A stretch of 64,000 bases of DNA from Dehalococcoidia bacterium (GTDB taxonomy: Bacteria; Chloroflexota; Dehalococcoidia; UBA2979), in assembly GCA_964291495.2 (NCBI GenBank), contig OZ219871.1:416001-480000 (forward strand), read 5' to 3'. The position numbers and the translations under genes were made by a program. This document shows, piece after piece, positions 36,432-46,978 of this stretch; position 1 is the stretch's first letter, and each line of letters opens with the position of its first letter. Under the pieces are notes generated by a model that worked only from the letters and a program-made list of their open reading frames with translations, made no database searches and had not been told where the DNA came from.

Positions 36432-37215
36432 CCGGCTCGCGCTCGCCGTCGTCCTGCGCGATCCCCGCCGCATCGAGGCGTGCGTGCAAGCGTCTCAGTT
36501 CGTCCAGCACCTCGTCGGACGCTGGACCGCGGACCGGGTGCTCTGACTCGAACAAGAAGGCGGCGACGTTCGCGGTGAGCGCTGCAAAGGTGCCGATACC
36601 GACGATCATCAGCATCACGCCCACGCCGCGGCCCACCGCCGTAACGGGGACGGCGTCTCCGTAGCCCACCGTTGTCGCGGTTGCGATCGCCCACCAGAAC
36701 GCCGTATCGAGGCTGTCGATCTCGCCACTGCCAGAGCGCTCGGCGAAGTAGACCGCGATCGCGGAGGCTGTGAGGACGAGGCCCGCGAAGAGCAGCGATC
36801 CCTGCACACCTCGGCGGGCCAGGATCGCGCGCATCGCGTGTGCCGCACGTAGCGCGTACGCGAGCGCCCGCACCGCGCCAAGCACGCGCAGTGCGCCCGC
36901 GGATCGTGCGACGCGCAGCGGCCGCAGGAACGGCAGCACGACGATCAGCACGTCGAACCAGTGCCGCCGGAGGTACGTGAGCTTGCGGGGCGCGAGCCTC
37001 GTTCGAATCAGCAGATCGGCCGCGAAGACGCCCCAGATGAGCCAGTCGAGGGCGAAGATGACCCGCTCCTGGCCGGCGGACAGGTCGAGCACGAACGGCG
37101 AAAGAAAGAGCGGGATCGTGAGCAGCGCGAGGACGAGCAGCGGCACCTCGGTCGCGCGCTCGAATCGAGCGAGCGCTTCCAGTCGCCTCTGTTGATCCGC
37201 GGTCGTGGTGGTCAT
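36418..37215 (-). CDS. Voltage-gated-type potassium channel
   Basis: TTVGYGD selectivity filter, S4-like LRPLRVAR..LRVL, FWWA pore helix. Confidence 0.92.
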   Translation of the reverse strand: MTTTTADQQRRLEALARFERATEVPLLVLALLTIPLFLSPFVLDLSAGQERVIFALDWLIWGVFAADLLIRTRLAPRKLTYLRRHWFDVLIVVLPFLRPLRVARSAGALRVLGAVRALAYALRAAHAMRAILARRGVQGSLLFAGLVLTASAIAVYFAERSGSGEIDSLDTAFWWAIATATTVGYGDAVPVTAVGRGVGVMLMIVGIGTFAALTANVAAFLFESEHPVRGPASDEVLDELRRLHARLDAAGIAQDDGEREPATSP

Positions 37216-37230
37216 GGGGGTCCGCAGCCC

Positions 37231-38187
37231 CTACAGCACGGCCAGTGGGTTGACCGGCGATCCGGTGCCGCCCCAGATGATCAGCGGGGCGCAGACGAAC
37301 TGGAACTCGTGGCGGCCCAGCTCCGCGCAGGCCACGCCGACGGCCTCGAGGTTGGCGTTGTCGAGCAGCGGCAGCCCCATGTAGGGCAGGGCGATCTGGT
37401 GGATCGCGCCGCCGCTGCCCTCGAAGCCCTGCCCCGCCGCCTCCTGCAAGTCCCAGACGAGGATCGACGCGTCGTACTCGTAGAGAAACTCGATCGCCGA
37501 GGCGTGCACGCCGGGCCGGGGCGGCGCGCCCGGAACGGTGATGCTGCCGCCCTCGCTCGGCGCGTCGAGCGCGCCGCTCTGCAGCGCGCGCGACACCGCG
37601 TCCGCGCCGGATCGGATCAGCACCGCGTCGCCCGATCGCGGCTCGACGCCCTGCGCACGCGCGCAGTCCTCGAGCTCCCAGCCGTGCACGGGCTCCTCGT
37701 AGCTGACGTGCTCGACGCCGCGGTAGCGGGGGATGTCGTAGAGCACCCCGCGCGTGACGATGCCGTCGCGCCAGTGCTCCACGGATCCGCTCTTCGCGCC
37801 CGTCACCGTCACCAGCGAGGCGGGCCGGCCGTTGTAGAGCAGCGGCTCCTCGTCGTCGGTGAAGACGTGGCAGTGCGCGTCGACGTGCGTGTTGGTGAGG
37901 CCGTGGTAGTTGATCGCGAAGAAGTCCCAGGCGATGCCTGCGTGCCAGCGCAGGTAGTGCGAGACCGGGAACGGGTTGCGCGGCCCGGGCCGCGTGTCGA
38001 GGGAGTTGGCGAGCGAGACCGCCCTGCCCGCCTGCACGAGGCTCGCCGCGTGTGCGCGCACCTCGGGCGTGATGTGGTTGAGCGTGCCCAGCTGGTCGTC
38101 GTCGCCCCAGCGCCCCCAGTTGCTGTAGCGCTGGCGGTAGGCGAAGAAGTCTTCCTTCGTCGGCGGCGTGCGATCTGCGAGTCCCAT
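37231..38187 (-). CDS. Cyclase-family metal-dependent hydrolase
   Basis: SNWGRWGDDDQLGTLN, HGLTNTHVDAHCH, GTGSPVNPLA. Paralog of 293-1228. Confidence 0.9.
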   Translation of the reverse strand: MGLADRTPPTKEDFFAYRQRYSNWGRWGDDDQLGTLNHITPEVRAHAASLVQAGRAVSLANSLDTRPGPRNPFPVSHYLRWHAGIAWDFFAINYHGLTNTHVDAHCHVFTDDEEPLLYNGRPASLVTVTGAKSGSVEHWRDGIVTRGVLYDIPRYRGVEHVSYEEPVHGWELEDCARAQGVEPRSGDAVLIRSGADAVSRALQSGALDAPSEGGSITVPGAPPRPGVHASAIEFLYEYDASILVWDLQEAAGQGFEGSGGAIHQIALPYMGLPLLDNANLEAVGVACAELGRHEFQFVCAPLIIWGGTGSPVNPLAVL

Positions 38188-38362
38188 GCGGCCCTCCCGC
38201 TGCTCCGCCGGCGCGCCCGTGCGGCCCGCCGGCGCCTCGGCGCGGATCGTAGCAGGCGGCGCGGACGGCTAGAATGACGCCCGCCGCGAGGCGCTTTGAC
38301 GCCGCCACGAGGCGACGCGAGACTTGGTCCGCACCGCGGCGCTGCGGGTGGGGGTGAGGCCG

Positions 38363-38689
38363 GTGAGCGGGCCCGAAGGCGACCGTCCAGAGGACCAGGC
38401 CGACGCGACCCCCGAGGCCGTCGACGCCGACGAGGACGTCCGCTACTTCTTCGACGAGTCGCTGATGGGCAGGCCCTGCACCTGCGAGGGCGGCGCACAG
38501 ATCGAGGGTACCGACTACGCCGGCCGCGTCACCTACCGGGGCGTGGCCACCGGCCGCCGCTTCGAGCAGGGCGACCCGCCCTGGCGCTGGCTGGAACTCG
38601 CCGGACGCAGCATCGACGATCACAGCGGACAGGGCGCGCAGCTCGTCTGGTGCGAGGAGAGCTTCGTCTTCTTCGACGACGAGGAGTAG
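38363..38689 (+). CDS. Acidic hypothetical protein
   Basis: Coding-like codon usage, TAGAAT -10 at ~38270, lies directly before etfB. Start uncertain. Confidence 0.6.
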   Translation: MSGPEGDRPEDQADATPEAVDADEDVRYFFDESLMGRPCTCEGGAQIEGTDYAGRVTYRGVATGRRFEQGDPPWRWLELAGRSIDDHSGQGAQLVWCEESFVFFDDEE

Positions 38690-38732
38690 GCGCGCAGACC
38701 ACATACGCACCGACGCGACCGAAGGAGGCCGC

Positions 38733-39530
38733 ATGCACATCGTGATCTGCGTCAAGCAGGTCGTCGACCCGGACGGCGTCAACAGCTACGCGCTGTGGGG
38801 CCAGCTGGAGGTCGACGAGAGCGGACGGGCGTTCAGCACCCGGCTGCCGCTGATCATCAACGCCTACGACGACCAGGCGATCGAGGCGGCGCTGCGCCTC
38901 CGCGACGCCGACGACGAGGTGACGATCACCGCCATCTCCGTCGGGGGCGAGGACGTCGACCAGGTGCTCAAGCACTGCGTCGCGATGGGCTGCAACGAGA
39001 TCATCCGCATCGACGACCCGGAGGCGGGGGCCGGCAACGCGCTGCGCACCGCGCGTCTGCTCGCCGCGCAGATCGCCGAGCTGGGCGACGTCGACCTCGT
39101 GCTCTGCGGGCGGCAGTCCTCGGACTACGACCAGGGCACGGTGCCGGGCGCGCTGGCGGAGCTGCTCGGCTTCGCCTGCGTCACGCTCGGCTTCGGCGTG
39201 ACCGCCGAGGACGGGCGCCTGCGCGTGCAGCGCGCGACGCCGCTTGGCGAGGAGCTCGTCTCCGTCGCGACGCCCGCCGTGGTGACGATCAGCAACGAGC
39301 TCGGCGTGCCGCGCTACCCCACGAGCCGCGGCATGATCGCCGCCCGTCGCCGCCCGCCGACCGTGCGCGCCGCCGCCGACCTCGATGCCGGCGAGGGCGC
39401 GCACGGCGTCGAGCTGGTCGAGCTGTTCGTACCGGACGTGCAGGGCCACTGCGAGGTGATCGAGGGCGCCACGCCTGCCGAGCAGGCCGCGGCCCTGTTG
39501 GCGAAGCTGGAAGAGGAGGGCGTGCTGTGA
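38733..39530 (+). CDS. etfB: Electron transfer flavoprotein beta subunit
   Basis: [32 protein letters not shown]. Confidence 0.92.
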   Translation: MHIVICVKQVVDPDGVNSYALWGQLEVDESGRAFSTRLPLIINAYDDQAIEAALRLRDADDEVTITAISVGGEDVDQVLKHCVAMGCNEIIRIDDPEAGAGNALRTARLLAAQIAELGDVDLVLCGRQSSDYDQGTVPGALAELLGFACVTLGFGVTAEDGRLRVQRATPLGEELVSVATPAVVTISNELGVPRYPTSRGMIAARRRPPTVRAAADLDAGEGAHGVELVELFVPDVQGHCEVIEGATPAEQAAALLAKLEEEGVL

Positions 39531-40504
39531 GCGGCGTGCTGGTCGTCATCGCACAACCCGGATCGGACGGACTCAACCAGGCCGAGGGCGAGGCGATCGG
39601 CCTCGGCCGCAGCCTCGCCGACGCCCTCGGCGAGCCACTCGCCTGCACGCTGATCGGACAGGGCCTCGAGGCGGCCGCCGCCGAGGCGGCCGAGCGCGGC
39701 GCGGAGCAAGTGCTCAGCGCCGACGCCGATCACCTCGCCACCTTCTCGGGCGACGCCGTCGTCGCGGCGGCAGCCGAGGCGGTGAGCGCCTCCGGCGCGA
39801 GCAGCTTGGTCGTCGCGCGCGGCCCGAACTCGCTCGAGCTCGCCCCGCGCCTCGGCGCGCGGCTGGGCGGCGGTTGCGTGATGGGCGTGAGCGGGTTCCG
39901 CACCGACGGCGCGAACGTCGAGGCCGTCGCCTCGGTCTTCGGCGGGGCGGCGCGCGCGGTCTACCGCATGAACGCCACGCCGCGCGTCGTCTCGCTCGCG
40001 CCGGGCGTCGCCACGCCGCCCGATCGCGAGGCCGGACGCACGGCGGAGTCGGTCGCCCTCGATGTCGCGCCGCCCGCGGAGGAGCGCGTGACCGTCGAGG
40101 AGCCCGCGGCGCTTACCGGGCCTCGCCTCGAGGACGCAAAAATCGTCGTCTCCGGCGGGCGCGGCCTGCAGCTGGGCGAGAACTTCGGCCTGATCCGCGA
40201 GCTCGCGGAGGCCCTCGGCGGGCTACCGGGCGCCTCCCGCGCGATCGTCGACGACGGCTGGGCGCCGGCCGAGGAGCAGGTCGGCCTGACGGGCAAGATC
40301 GTCAGCCCGGACCTCTACATCGCGGCCGGCATCTCCGGCGCGAGCCAGCACATGGTCGGCTGCTCGACGGCGCGCGTGCTGGTCGGCGTCAACACCGACG
40401 CGGACGCGCCGATCTTCCGCTACGCCCGCTACGGCATCACCGCCGACTGCCTGGAGGTGCTGCCGGAGCTGATCCGCCTCGCCCGCGAGCGGGCGGCGGG
40501 CTAG
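39527..40504 (+). CDS. etfA: Electron transfer flavoprotein alpha subunit
   Basis: [38 protein letters not shown]. Confidence 0.93.
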   Translation: MSGVLVVIAQPGSDGLNQAEGEAIGLGRSLADALGEPLACTLIGQGLEAAAAEAAERGAEQVLSADADHLATFSGDAVVAAAAEAVSASGASSLVVARGPNSLELAPRLGARLGGGCVMGVSGFRTDGANVEAVASVFGGAARAVYRMNATPRVVSLAPGVATPPDREAGRTAESVALDVAPPAEERVTVEEPAALTGPRLEDAKIVVSGGRGLQLGENFGLIRELAEALGGLPGASRAIVDDGWAPAEEQVGLTGKIVSPDLYIAAGISGASQHMVGCSTARVLVGVNTDADAPIFRYARYGITADCLEVLPELIRLARERAAG

Positions 40505-40537
40505 CGGGCACGGTGCACGACCGCGTGCGCTCGCCTC

Positions 40538-41335
40538 GTGGCTAACGAGGGGGCGGAGACGCCGCCGACCGGTGCGACCCGCCGGCGGCGGCCGGCCGCC
40601 GTCTCGATGGCCGGCGAGCCCGGCGCGGAGCTGGGCATCGTCGCCGAGGCGCGGCTCCCCGGCGGCGCCGTCGTCGACATGCACTGCCACAGCTCCGACC
40701 TCTCGCTCGACAGCGGCGTGCGCGCCGAGCAGCTGGTCGCGCAGGCGGCGGCGCGCGGCCTCGACGGCGTCTGCCTCACGGAGCACAACCAGCTCTGGGA
40801 CGCGGACCAGGCGCGCGAGCTCGGCGAGCGCCACGGCGTCGCCGTGCTGCCGGGCATGGAGATCGGCAGCACGCACGGCCACGTGCTCGTCTTCGGCCTC
40901 GACCGCTACCACCCGGAGCTGACCAACATCGAGCGGCTGCGCCAGATCGTGCTTGCCGAGGGCGGCGCGATGGTCTGGGCGCACCCGATGCGCGAGGGCG
41001 ATCACCAGCGCCCGAGCTGGTCCGCGATCCCGGATCTGTTCGAGGCGCTGGAGGTCGTCAACGGCGACCACACGGACCACGTCGACGGCTACTGGGCGAC
41101 GCTCGCCGAGGAGCTCGGCGTCGGCCGCACGGGCGGATCGGACGCGCACAGCCTCCCGGCCGTCGGGCGCGTCGGGACGGGCTTCCCGGAGCCGGTGCCT
41201 GACGTGGAGACGCTGGTGCGGCTGCTGCGGCTGCACCGCCACGCGCCGCTCGACTTCCGCCCGGGCGGCGCGCACGGCCTGCCGCACATGGCCGATCCGC
41301 CCCCGTACACGCCTCGGAGGCCGCCGGGTTCATAG
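40538..41335 (+). CDS. PHP-domain metal-dependent phosphoesterase
   Basis: DMHCHS, LTEHN, GHVL, AHP, GGSDAH. Confidence 0.88.
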   Translation: MANEGAETPPTGATRRRRPAAVSMAGEPGAELGIVAEARLPGGAVVDMHCHSSDLSLDSGVRAEQLVAQAAARGLDGVCLTEHNQLWDADQARELGERHGVAVLPGMEIGSTHGHVLVFGLDRYHPELTNIERLRQIVLAEGGAMVWAHPMREGDHQRPSWSAIPDLFEALEVVNGDHTDHVDGYWATLAEELGVGRTGGSDAHSLPAVGRVGTGFPEPVPDVETLVRLLRLHRHAPLDFRPGGAHGLPHMADPPPYTPRRPPGS

Positions 41336-41362
41336 TCGGGCACACTCTGACGGGACGCGGAA

Positions 41363-41384
41363 GGGGGCGCCTCGCGGCGCCCCC
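41363..41384. terminator. Hairpin between convergent genes
   Basis: GGGGGCGCC-TCGC-GGCGCCCCC. Confidence 0.5.
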
Positions 41385-41410
41385 AACGCAGTCCTGCCGG
41401 AGCCGGCTGA

Positions 41411-42640
41411 TTACTGGTTCGTCATCACCATCGAGGACGCGGTGCCGGGGTTCGCCCAACCGAGGTTGGCGGTGATCTCAGGGTCCTGCACCTGGCGGCA
41501 CGCGCCCTCGCTGTAGTCGAAGGTGTGCTCGCCCTCGCAGTAGTCGTCCACCTGCAAGCGCAGCTGGCGCACGTTCTCGATCACCATGTTCATGCCGTGC
41601 GTGTAGCCCTCGCAGAGGTGGCCGCCCGAGGGGTTGTTCGGCCGCTTGCCGCCGAGGCGGATGGTGCCGTCGGAGACGTAGTTGCCGCCCTCGCCGATCG
41701 GGCAGAAGCCGTAGGCCTCGAGCTGGATCAGCGAGGTGAAGGTGAACGCGTCGTAGGAGCCGGTGATGTCGATGTCCTCGGGGCCGACTCCCGCGTTCGG
41801 CCAGAGGATGCGCGCGTTGTACTCGCCGGCGACCTGCGAGACCGGGTCGTTCTGCCAGGGGTAGCCGGCCTGCCACTTACAGACGCGCCCCGCCAGCCCG
41901 AGGATCTTGACCACCGGCTTCGCCAGGCTCGCCGCCCGCTCCGCCGTCGTCACGATGATCGCGGTCCCGTTGTCCGTCTCCACGCAGCAGTCGAGCAGGT
42001 GGAACGGCTTCACGATGTAGCGGGAGTTGACCACGTCCTCCACGGTCAGCCGCGTCTTGTAGTAGGCCTTCGGGTTGTTCGAGGCGCCCCAGCTGTGGGC
42101 GACCTTGACCTCGGCGAGTTGCTCGTTGGTCGTGCCGTAGTTGTGCATGTGGCGCACGAAGGCGAGGGAGAAGCTCTGCAGCGGCGTGCTAAAGCCGTAG
42201 ATCGCCGTCTGCAGCGTGTCCAGGCCGTTGGCCGTGGTGAAGCGCGGGGCCTGCTGGCCGGTGCCGCCGGTTCGCGTCTCCGTGAAACCGTTCATCGAGC
42301 GGTTGATGATCACCGCGTCGCACATCCCGGCTTCGATCACGCCGACGGCCATGCCGGTCAGCGCCTCGGTCGAGGAGCCGCCGCCCATGCAGTCGAAGAA
42401 GAAGTCAAGACGGATGCCGACCTCGCCGGCGAGGTCCGGGGCGTTGGCGGAGCCGCGGCCCTGGTAGGAGAGCATGCCCCAGCTGATCTCCTTGCGGTCC
42501 TCCCACATTCCCGCGTCCTGCATCGCGTTGCGGATCGCCTCGGCGCCCATCGACCGCGTGGTGCGGCCGGAGTTGCGGGAGTACTCGGTCTCCCCGACAC
42601 CTACGATCGCGTACTTGCCTCTGATCTCCGGACCCGGCAT
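41411..42640 (-). CDS. Thiolase-fold Ltp2-like protein (close paralog of 7010-8254)
   Basis: GKYAIVGVGETEYSRNSGRTTR, FHLLDCCVETD, SYDAFT, CEGYTHG. Confidence 0.88.
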   Translation of the reverse strand: MPGPEIRGKYAIVGVGETEYSRNSGRTTRSMGAEAIRNAMQDAGMWEDRKEISWGMLSYQGRGSANAPDLAGEVGIRLDFFFDCMGGGSSTEALTGMAVGVIEAGMCDAVIINRSMNGFTETRTGGTGQQAPRFTTANGLDTLQTAIYGFSTPLQSFSLAFVRHMHNYGTTNEQLAEVKVAHSWGASNNPKAYYKTRLTVEDVVNSRYIVKPFHLLDCCVETDNGTAIIVTTAERAASLAKPVVKILGLAGRVCKWQAGYPWQNDPVSQVAGEYNARILWPNAGVGPEDIDITGSYDAFTFTSLIQLEAYGFCPIGEGGNYVSDGTIRLGGKRPNNPSGGHLCEGYTHGMNMVIENVRQLRLQVDDYCEGEHTFDYSEGACRQVQDPEITANLGWANPGTASSMVMTNQ

Positions 42641-42857
42641 CGGTAGCTCCCTCCGCGGCGCACGCGAAACCCTGCCCACGGGCGCGCTCCGCTTCATAGC
42701 ATGGCGTTGAAGTCGTCGCAAACCTCGGCCCATGCGAGGCCTCGAGGCGGCTCGCCGAACCCCGACGCACCCTCCGTCGCTGGCGACCCCGCAGTGCCGG
42801 TGGTATCGTCCGGGCGCTCCTCGCCGGACGCTCCGGCGGGGGCTGGCGAAGGGGAAG

Positions 42858-44084
42858 ATGCGCATGCCCCCAGAGGACTTCCGCGACAGCGTGGCGATCG
42901 TCGGGATCGGCTACAGCCGCAGCCCGTCGGCGCCCGGTGGGTTCTCCAAGAACTCCGGCGAAAGCGTCACCACGCTCACCGTCCGCGCGGCCCGCGAGGC
43001 CGCCGCCGACGCCGGCATGGACCCGAAGGACATCGACGCAGGGGTCACCTACCAGACGAGCGACTCGATCGAGCCGCAGGCGGCGCTGCGCGCGCTGGGC
43101 GTGAGGCGCATCCACCAGGACACCAACCTCACGGGCGGCGGCAACTACGCCTCCGCCTCGATCATGATGGGCGCGCAGATCATCTACCACGGCATGGCCG
43201 ACTACTGTCTGGTCTACCGCTCGATGAACGGGCGCTCCGGGTTCCGCATGGGCCAGTCCGGCGCGGGCGCCGGCGGAGGGACCAACCGCGTTGGCGGCCC
43301 CGGCCAGTTCCAGAACATCTACGGCCTCGCCGGTCCGCCCACCACCTACGCGCAGCAGGCGCGGCGCTACATGGACCTCTACAACGTCTCCAGCGCCGAC
43401 CTCGCCGAGTGGTCCGTGAACTCGCGCAGCAACGCGGTCAAGAATCCCCGCGCCACGATGCGCGACCCGATCACGGTCGAGGACCACCAGAACTCGCGCT
43501 ACATCGTGAACCCCTACCACCTGCTGGACTGCTGCCTGGAGACGGACGTGGCCTGCGCCATGATCCTCACCAGCGCCGAGCGGGCGAAGGACATGCGCAA
43601 GACGCCGCTGCTGATCCGCGGCGCGATCGGCGGGCCCAGCCCCTTCGCCGACCTCGCCGACACCGGCTTCAAGTACATGCGCGACAAGCTCTTCGCGGCC
43701 GCCGACATCCAGCTCAGCGACATCGACATCGCGCTGCTCTACGACAACTTCACGGACTGCCCGATGCGCATGGTCGAGGACATCGGCTGGTGCGGGCCGG
43801 GCGAGTGCGCCGACTTCGTGAGGAGCGGCGCGACCGCGCTGGACGGCGAGATCCCGATGCAGACCCAGGGCGGCCTGATCAACGAGGGCTACTGCCACGG
43901 CCTCAACAACGCCCTCGAGGCCGCACAGCAGCTCTGGGGCGAGGCCGAATGCCTCTGTCCCAACTGGTCCGAGGGCGAGCACACGTTCGATCGCGAGATC
44001 TGTCGCCAGACGCGCGACCCGAAGATCGCGCTGCACACCGGCGTGGTCGGCAAGAGCGCGCTCGTGATGATGAAGGCGGACTGA
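42858..44084 (+). CDS. Thiolase-fold Ltp2-like protein
   Basis: AIVGIG, YHLLDCCLETD, LYDNFT, GGLINEGYCHG. Confidence 0.88.
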   Translation: MRMPPEDFRDSVAIVGIGYSRSPSAPGGFSKNSGESVTTLTVRAAREAAADAGMDPKDIDAGVTYQTSDSIEPQAALRALGVRRIHQDTNLTGGGNYASASIMMGAQIIYHGMADYCLVYRSMNGRSGFRMGQSGAGAGGGTNRVGGPGQFQNIYGLAGPPTTYAQQARRYMDLYNVSSADLAEWSVNSRSNAVKNPRATMRDPITVEDHQNSRYIVNPYHLLDCCLETDVACAMILTSAERAKDMRKTPLLIRGAIGGPSPFADLADTGFKYMRDKLFAAADIQLSDIDIALLYDNFTDCPMRMVEDIGWCGPGECADFVRSGATALDGEIPMQTQGGLINEGYCHGLNNALEAAQQLWGEAECLCPNWSEGEHTFDREICRQTRDPKIALHTGVVGKSALVMMKAD

Positions 44085-44086
44085 CG

Positions 44087-44539
44087 ATGGCTGACGAGTA
44101 CCCCTACCTGCTGCCCCAGCCGGACGTACTGACCCAGGGCTACTGGGACGCGCTCCGGGAGCACCGCCTGGTGCTCCAGCGCTGCCGGTCCTGCGAGACC
44201 TTCCAGCACCCGCCGGACCGCACCTGCCGGTTCTGCCCCGACGACGAACTGGACTGGGAGGAGGTGAGCGGCAAGGGCACGCTCTACACCTACGCGATCG
44301 TCACGCAGGGCATCCTCGGCCCCTGGCGCGGCCACGACCCCTACAACGTCATCCAGGTGCTGCCCGACGAGGTGGACCCGGCGAGCGTGAGCGTCCACAA
44401 CAACGCCACCTACAACGTCGTCTACGGCAACGCCGTCGAGGTGGACAACGACGACCTCGAGGTCGGCATGGCGATGGAAGCCGTCTTCGACGACGTGACC
44501 GACGATGTGACGATCCTGCGCTGGAAGCCGGCGAGCTAA
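44087..44539 (+). CDS. DUF35 Zn-ribbon/OB-fold protein
   Basis: LQRCRSC..CRFC, SGKGTLYTY, VGMAMEAVF. Confidence 0.9.
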   Translation: MADEYPYLLPQPDVLTQGYWDALREHRLVLQRCRSCETFQHPPDRTCRFCPDDELDWEEVSGKGTLYTYAIVTQGILGPWRGHDPYNVIQVLPDEVDPASVSVHNNATYNVVYGNAVEVDNDDLEVGMAMEAVFDDVTDDVTILRWKPAS

Positions 44540-44565
44540 CAGCGCCGCATCCGGGAGGCCGAGCC

Positions 44566-44802
44566 GTGGAGCGCCGCTTCCGCAAGGCCCTGTTCGCCCT
44601 CGCCCGCGAGGCGAGCGACGCGCCCGACCTGCGCGAGCGCTTCGACGCATTCATCGCCGAGGTGCGCACGCACCCGGCTCCGGTCCGGCCCTACGCGGAC
44701 GAGGTCCGCGACACGCTGCTCGCGCTGAGCTTCCGCCCGGAGGTCGCCGACGACCTGCACCGCCGCTACCGCGACGCACGCATCGGCTCATCAGCGGCGT
44801 AG
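44566..44802 (+). CDS. Small hypothetical protein
   Basis: GGAGG before GTG, G/C-ending codons, helical amphipathic pattern. Confidence 0.55.
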   Translation: MERRFRKALFALAREASDAPDLRERFDAFIAEVRTHPAPVRPYADEVRDTLLALSFRPEVADDLHRRYRDARIGSSAA

Positions 44803-44851
44803 CGGCGGGCTGTTCCAGCTCGGAGTGGCTGTCCTTTCCATCGCAGTCAGA

Positions 44852-44866
44852 ATATGATTTTCATAT
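44852..44866 (+). promoter_or_regulatory. Palindromic operator overlapping the -10 of the AbrB-VapC operon
   Basis: ATATGA-TTT-TCATAT containing TATGAT; an AT-rich spot in GC-rich DNA. Confidence 0.6.
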
Positions 44867-44891
44867 CGAGCGATTCATACGGAGCAAGCTC

Positions 44892-45110
44892 ATGCGAGTT
44901 TCCGAACGAGGCCAGGTCACGATCCCCAAGAAGCTGCGGGATCGCTACGGCATGCACCACGACGTCGAGGTCGAGATGACGCCCACGGACGGCGGCATCC
45001 TGATCCGCAAGCGGACGAGCGGGGAGCACCCCGTGGATCGCGCCTACGGGATTCTGGCGGTTCCCGGCTGGAGTACCGACGAGTACATGAAGGAAATCCG
45101 CGGCAGGTGA
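44892..45110 (+). CDS. AbrB/MazE-family antitoxin
   Basis: MRVSERGQVTIPKKLRDRYG. Confidence 0.9.
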   Translation: MRVSERGQVTIPKKLRDRYGMHHDVEVEMTPTDGGILIRKRTSGEHPVDRAYGILAVPGWSTDEYMKEIRGR

Positions 45111-45514
45111 TCACCGCCGTCGATACCAACGTCATCCTGGACGTGCTGCTGCTCGACGAGATACACGGACCGCCCTCACGCGAGTGGCTCCGCGACGCCT
45201 TCGACCGTGGCGCGGTCCTCGTGAGCGACATCGCGTACGCGGAGTTGGTCCCGGCCGTGCCTGACCGACCTGCGCTTGACCGCGCGCTGCGGGCGCTCGG
45301 GCTGCAACCCTCACCCGTCGACAACGCAATCGCGTGGGAAGCCGGAGTGCGCTGGGGGCGCTACCGCCGGGCGGGCGGGCCGCGCCAGCGGATCATGACG
45401 GACTTCCTGATCGGCGCTCACGCCCTCGCGACGGCCGATGCGTTCCTCACCCGCAACCAGCGCTTCTACGCCACATACTTCCCGGAGCTGTCGACCCCGG
45501 CCGCCTCGGCCTGA
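45107..45514 (+). CDS. vapC: VapC-family PIN toxin
   Basis: TAVDTNVILD, AYAEL, DFLIGAHA. GTGA overlap with the antitoxin. Confidence 0.9.
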   Translation: MITAVDTNVILDVLLLDEIHGPPSREWLRDAFDRGAVLVSDIAYAELVPAVPDRPALDRALRALGLQPSPVDNAIAWEAGVRWGRYRRAGGPRQRIMTDFLIGAHALATADAFLTRNQRFYATYFPELSTPAASA

Positions 45515-45532
45515 GGTCGGCCCACCCTCGGC

Positions 45533-45883
45533 TCAGCGCTGGAAGAAGGAGATCGCCGCGCCCGACGGGTCGGTCGCGAGAGCGGTGCGGCCGTGGTCGC
45601 CCATGTCTCGAACCTCGCCGGCGCTGCCGCCGCCGGCGCTGACGGCGGCAAGTGCGGCCTCCAGGTCGTCGACCTCGAAGACGGGGACGGGCTGGCCGGT
45701 GGCCGCACCCTGGCCCTCGGCGGCGCTTGCGATGGCGAGTGAGATGTCGCCCGCGGAGAGCTGCACCCAGTTCGCGCCGTCCCGGAACTGCTCCGAGAGC
45801 CCCAGCGTCTCGGTGTAGAAGCGGGCAGCCGCCTCCACGTCCTCGGCGACGATGTAGACCTGCCGGATCCGCTTGACCTCCAC
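45533..45883 (-). CDS. VOC/glyoxalase family protein
   Basis: DVEAAARFYTETLGL, FEVDDL, DPSG. Confidence 0.85.
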   Translation of the reverse strand: MEVKRIRQVYIVAEDVEAAARFYTETLGLSEQFRDGANWVQLSAGDISLAIASAAEGQGAATGQPVPVFEVDDLEAALAAVSAGGGSAGEVRDMGDHGRTALATDPSGAAISFFQR

Positions 45884-46032
45884 GCCGCACCCCTTTCGCG
45901 CGTCGTTGCGTGCGTTCGCGCGCATCGTAGCCGCGCAGCGCCGCCCGTTCGAGCGGTCGCGAGGGCTCGCGCCCACGCGGCGGGCCGCTGGTATGATGCG
46001 CCAGCCGACACGGACCGACGACGGGTGAGAGC

Positions 46033-46818
46033 ATGACAACGAGCACCGAGACGCACACGACGGAGCAGATCGAGGTCGCGGGCCGCCGCGTCCAGTACCT
46101 GCAAGGCGGGAGCGGCGACCCGGTGCTGGTGCTGCACCACTCGATCGGCAACCACGGCTGGCTGCCCGCCCACGAGCAGCTGGCTGCGTCGCGCCAGGTG
46201 CTCGTGCCGGACCTCCCCGGATACGGCCAGTCCGAGCGCCCCGAGTGGGCCCGCGACACCCGTGACATCGCGATCCTGATCTTCCAGATGCTCGACAAGC
46301 TCGGCCACGGCTCGATCCCCGTCGTCGGCCTCGGCTTCGGCGGCTGGATCGCCGCCGAGATGGCGACGATGAACCAGCAGGGCGTCTCCAGCCTCGTGCT
46401 CGTCGGCGCGCCCGGCATCCAGCCGGACGAGGGCGAGATCCTCGACCAGATGCTGATCGACTACGACGAGTACGTGCAGGCCGGCTTCAGCAGCGAGGAG
46501 AGCTTCCACGCCGAGTTCGGCGAGGACCCGGCCCCCGAGGTCCGCGAGCTGTGGGACTTCAGCCGCGAGATGACCGCGCGCCTCACCTGGAAGCCCTACA
46601 TGTTCAACCGCCGCCTGCCACACCTCCTCCGGGAAGTTCAGACCCCGACCCTGCTGGTCTGGGGCGCCGAGGACAGCGTGGTGCCGCTCGCCGTCGCGCA
46701 GGCCTACGAGGCCGCGCTGCCCAACGCCAGCCTCGAGGTCGTCGCGGACTGCGGCCACATGGTGGACATGGAGCAGCCGGACCGGCTGGCGGAGCTCGTC
46801 GCCGCCCACCTCGGCTGA
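46033..46818 (+). CDS. Alpha/beta hydrolase-fold protein lacking the catalytic Ser
   Basis: PDLPGYGQS, GLGFGG at the nucleophile elbow, WGAED, CGHM. Confidence 0.85.
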   Translation: MTTSTETHTTEQIEVAGRRVQYLQGGSGDPVLVLHHSIGNHGWLPAHEQLAASRQVLVPDLPGYGQSERPEWARDTRDIAILIFQMLDKLGHGSIPVVGLGFGGWIAAEMATMNQQGVSSLVLVGAPGIQPDEGEILDQMLIDYDEYVQAGFSSEESFHAEFGEDPAPEVRELWDFSREMTARLTWKPYMFNRRLPHLLREVQTPTLLVWGAEDSVVPLAVAQAYEAALPNASLEVVADCGHMVDMEQPDRLAELVAAHLG

Positions 46819-46978
46819 TCGCAGACGGCGGGATCGCGGCGGCGCACGCTGCGGCCGCCTGAGTCGCGCACAAGGAACTGCGGCGCAGCGCACACGCGTG
46901 CCGACCCGCCGCCACGCGGTGTACGATGGCGACGAGGCGCGCCCCTCGCGCGGCGCGCCCTGAAGGCAGGAGACGGCA

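Noticed and set aside
42701-44539. 612-aa ORF suggesting a large DUF35 fusion
   Set aside because: Only the part from ATG 44087 is protein-like. The rest overlaps the thiolase-fold gene in another frame.
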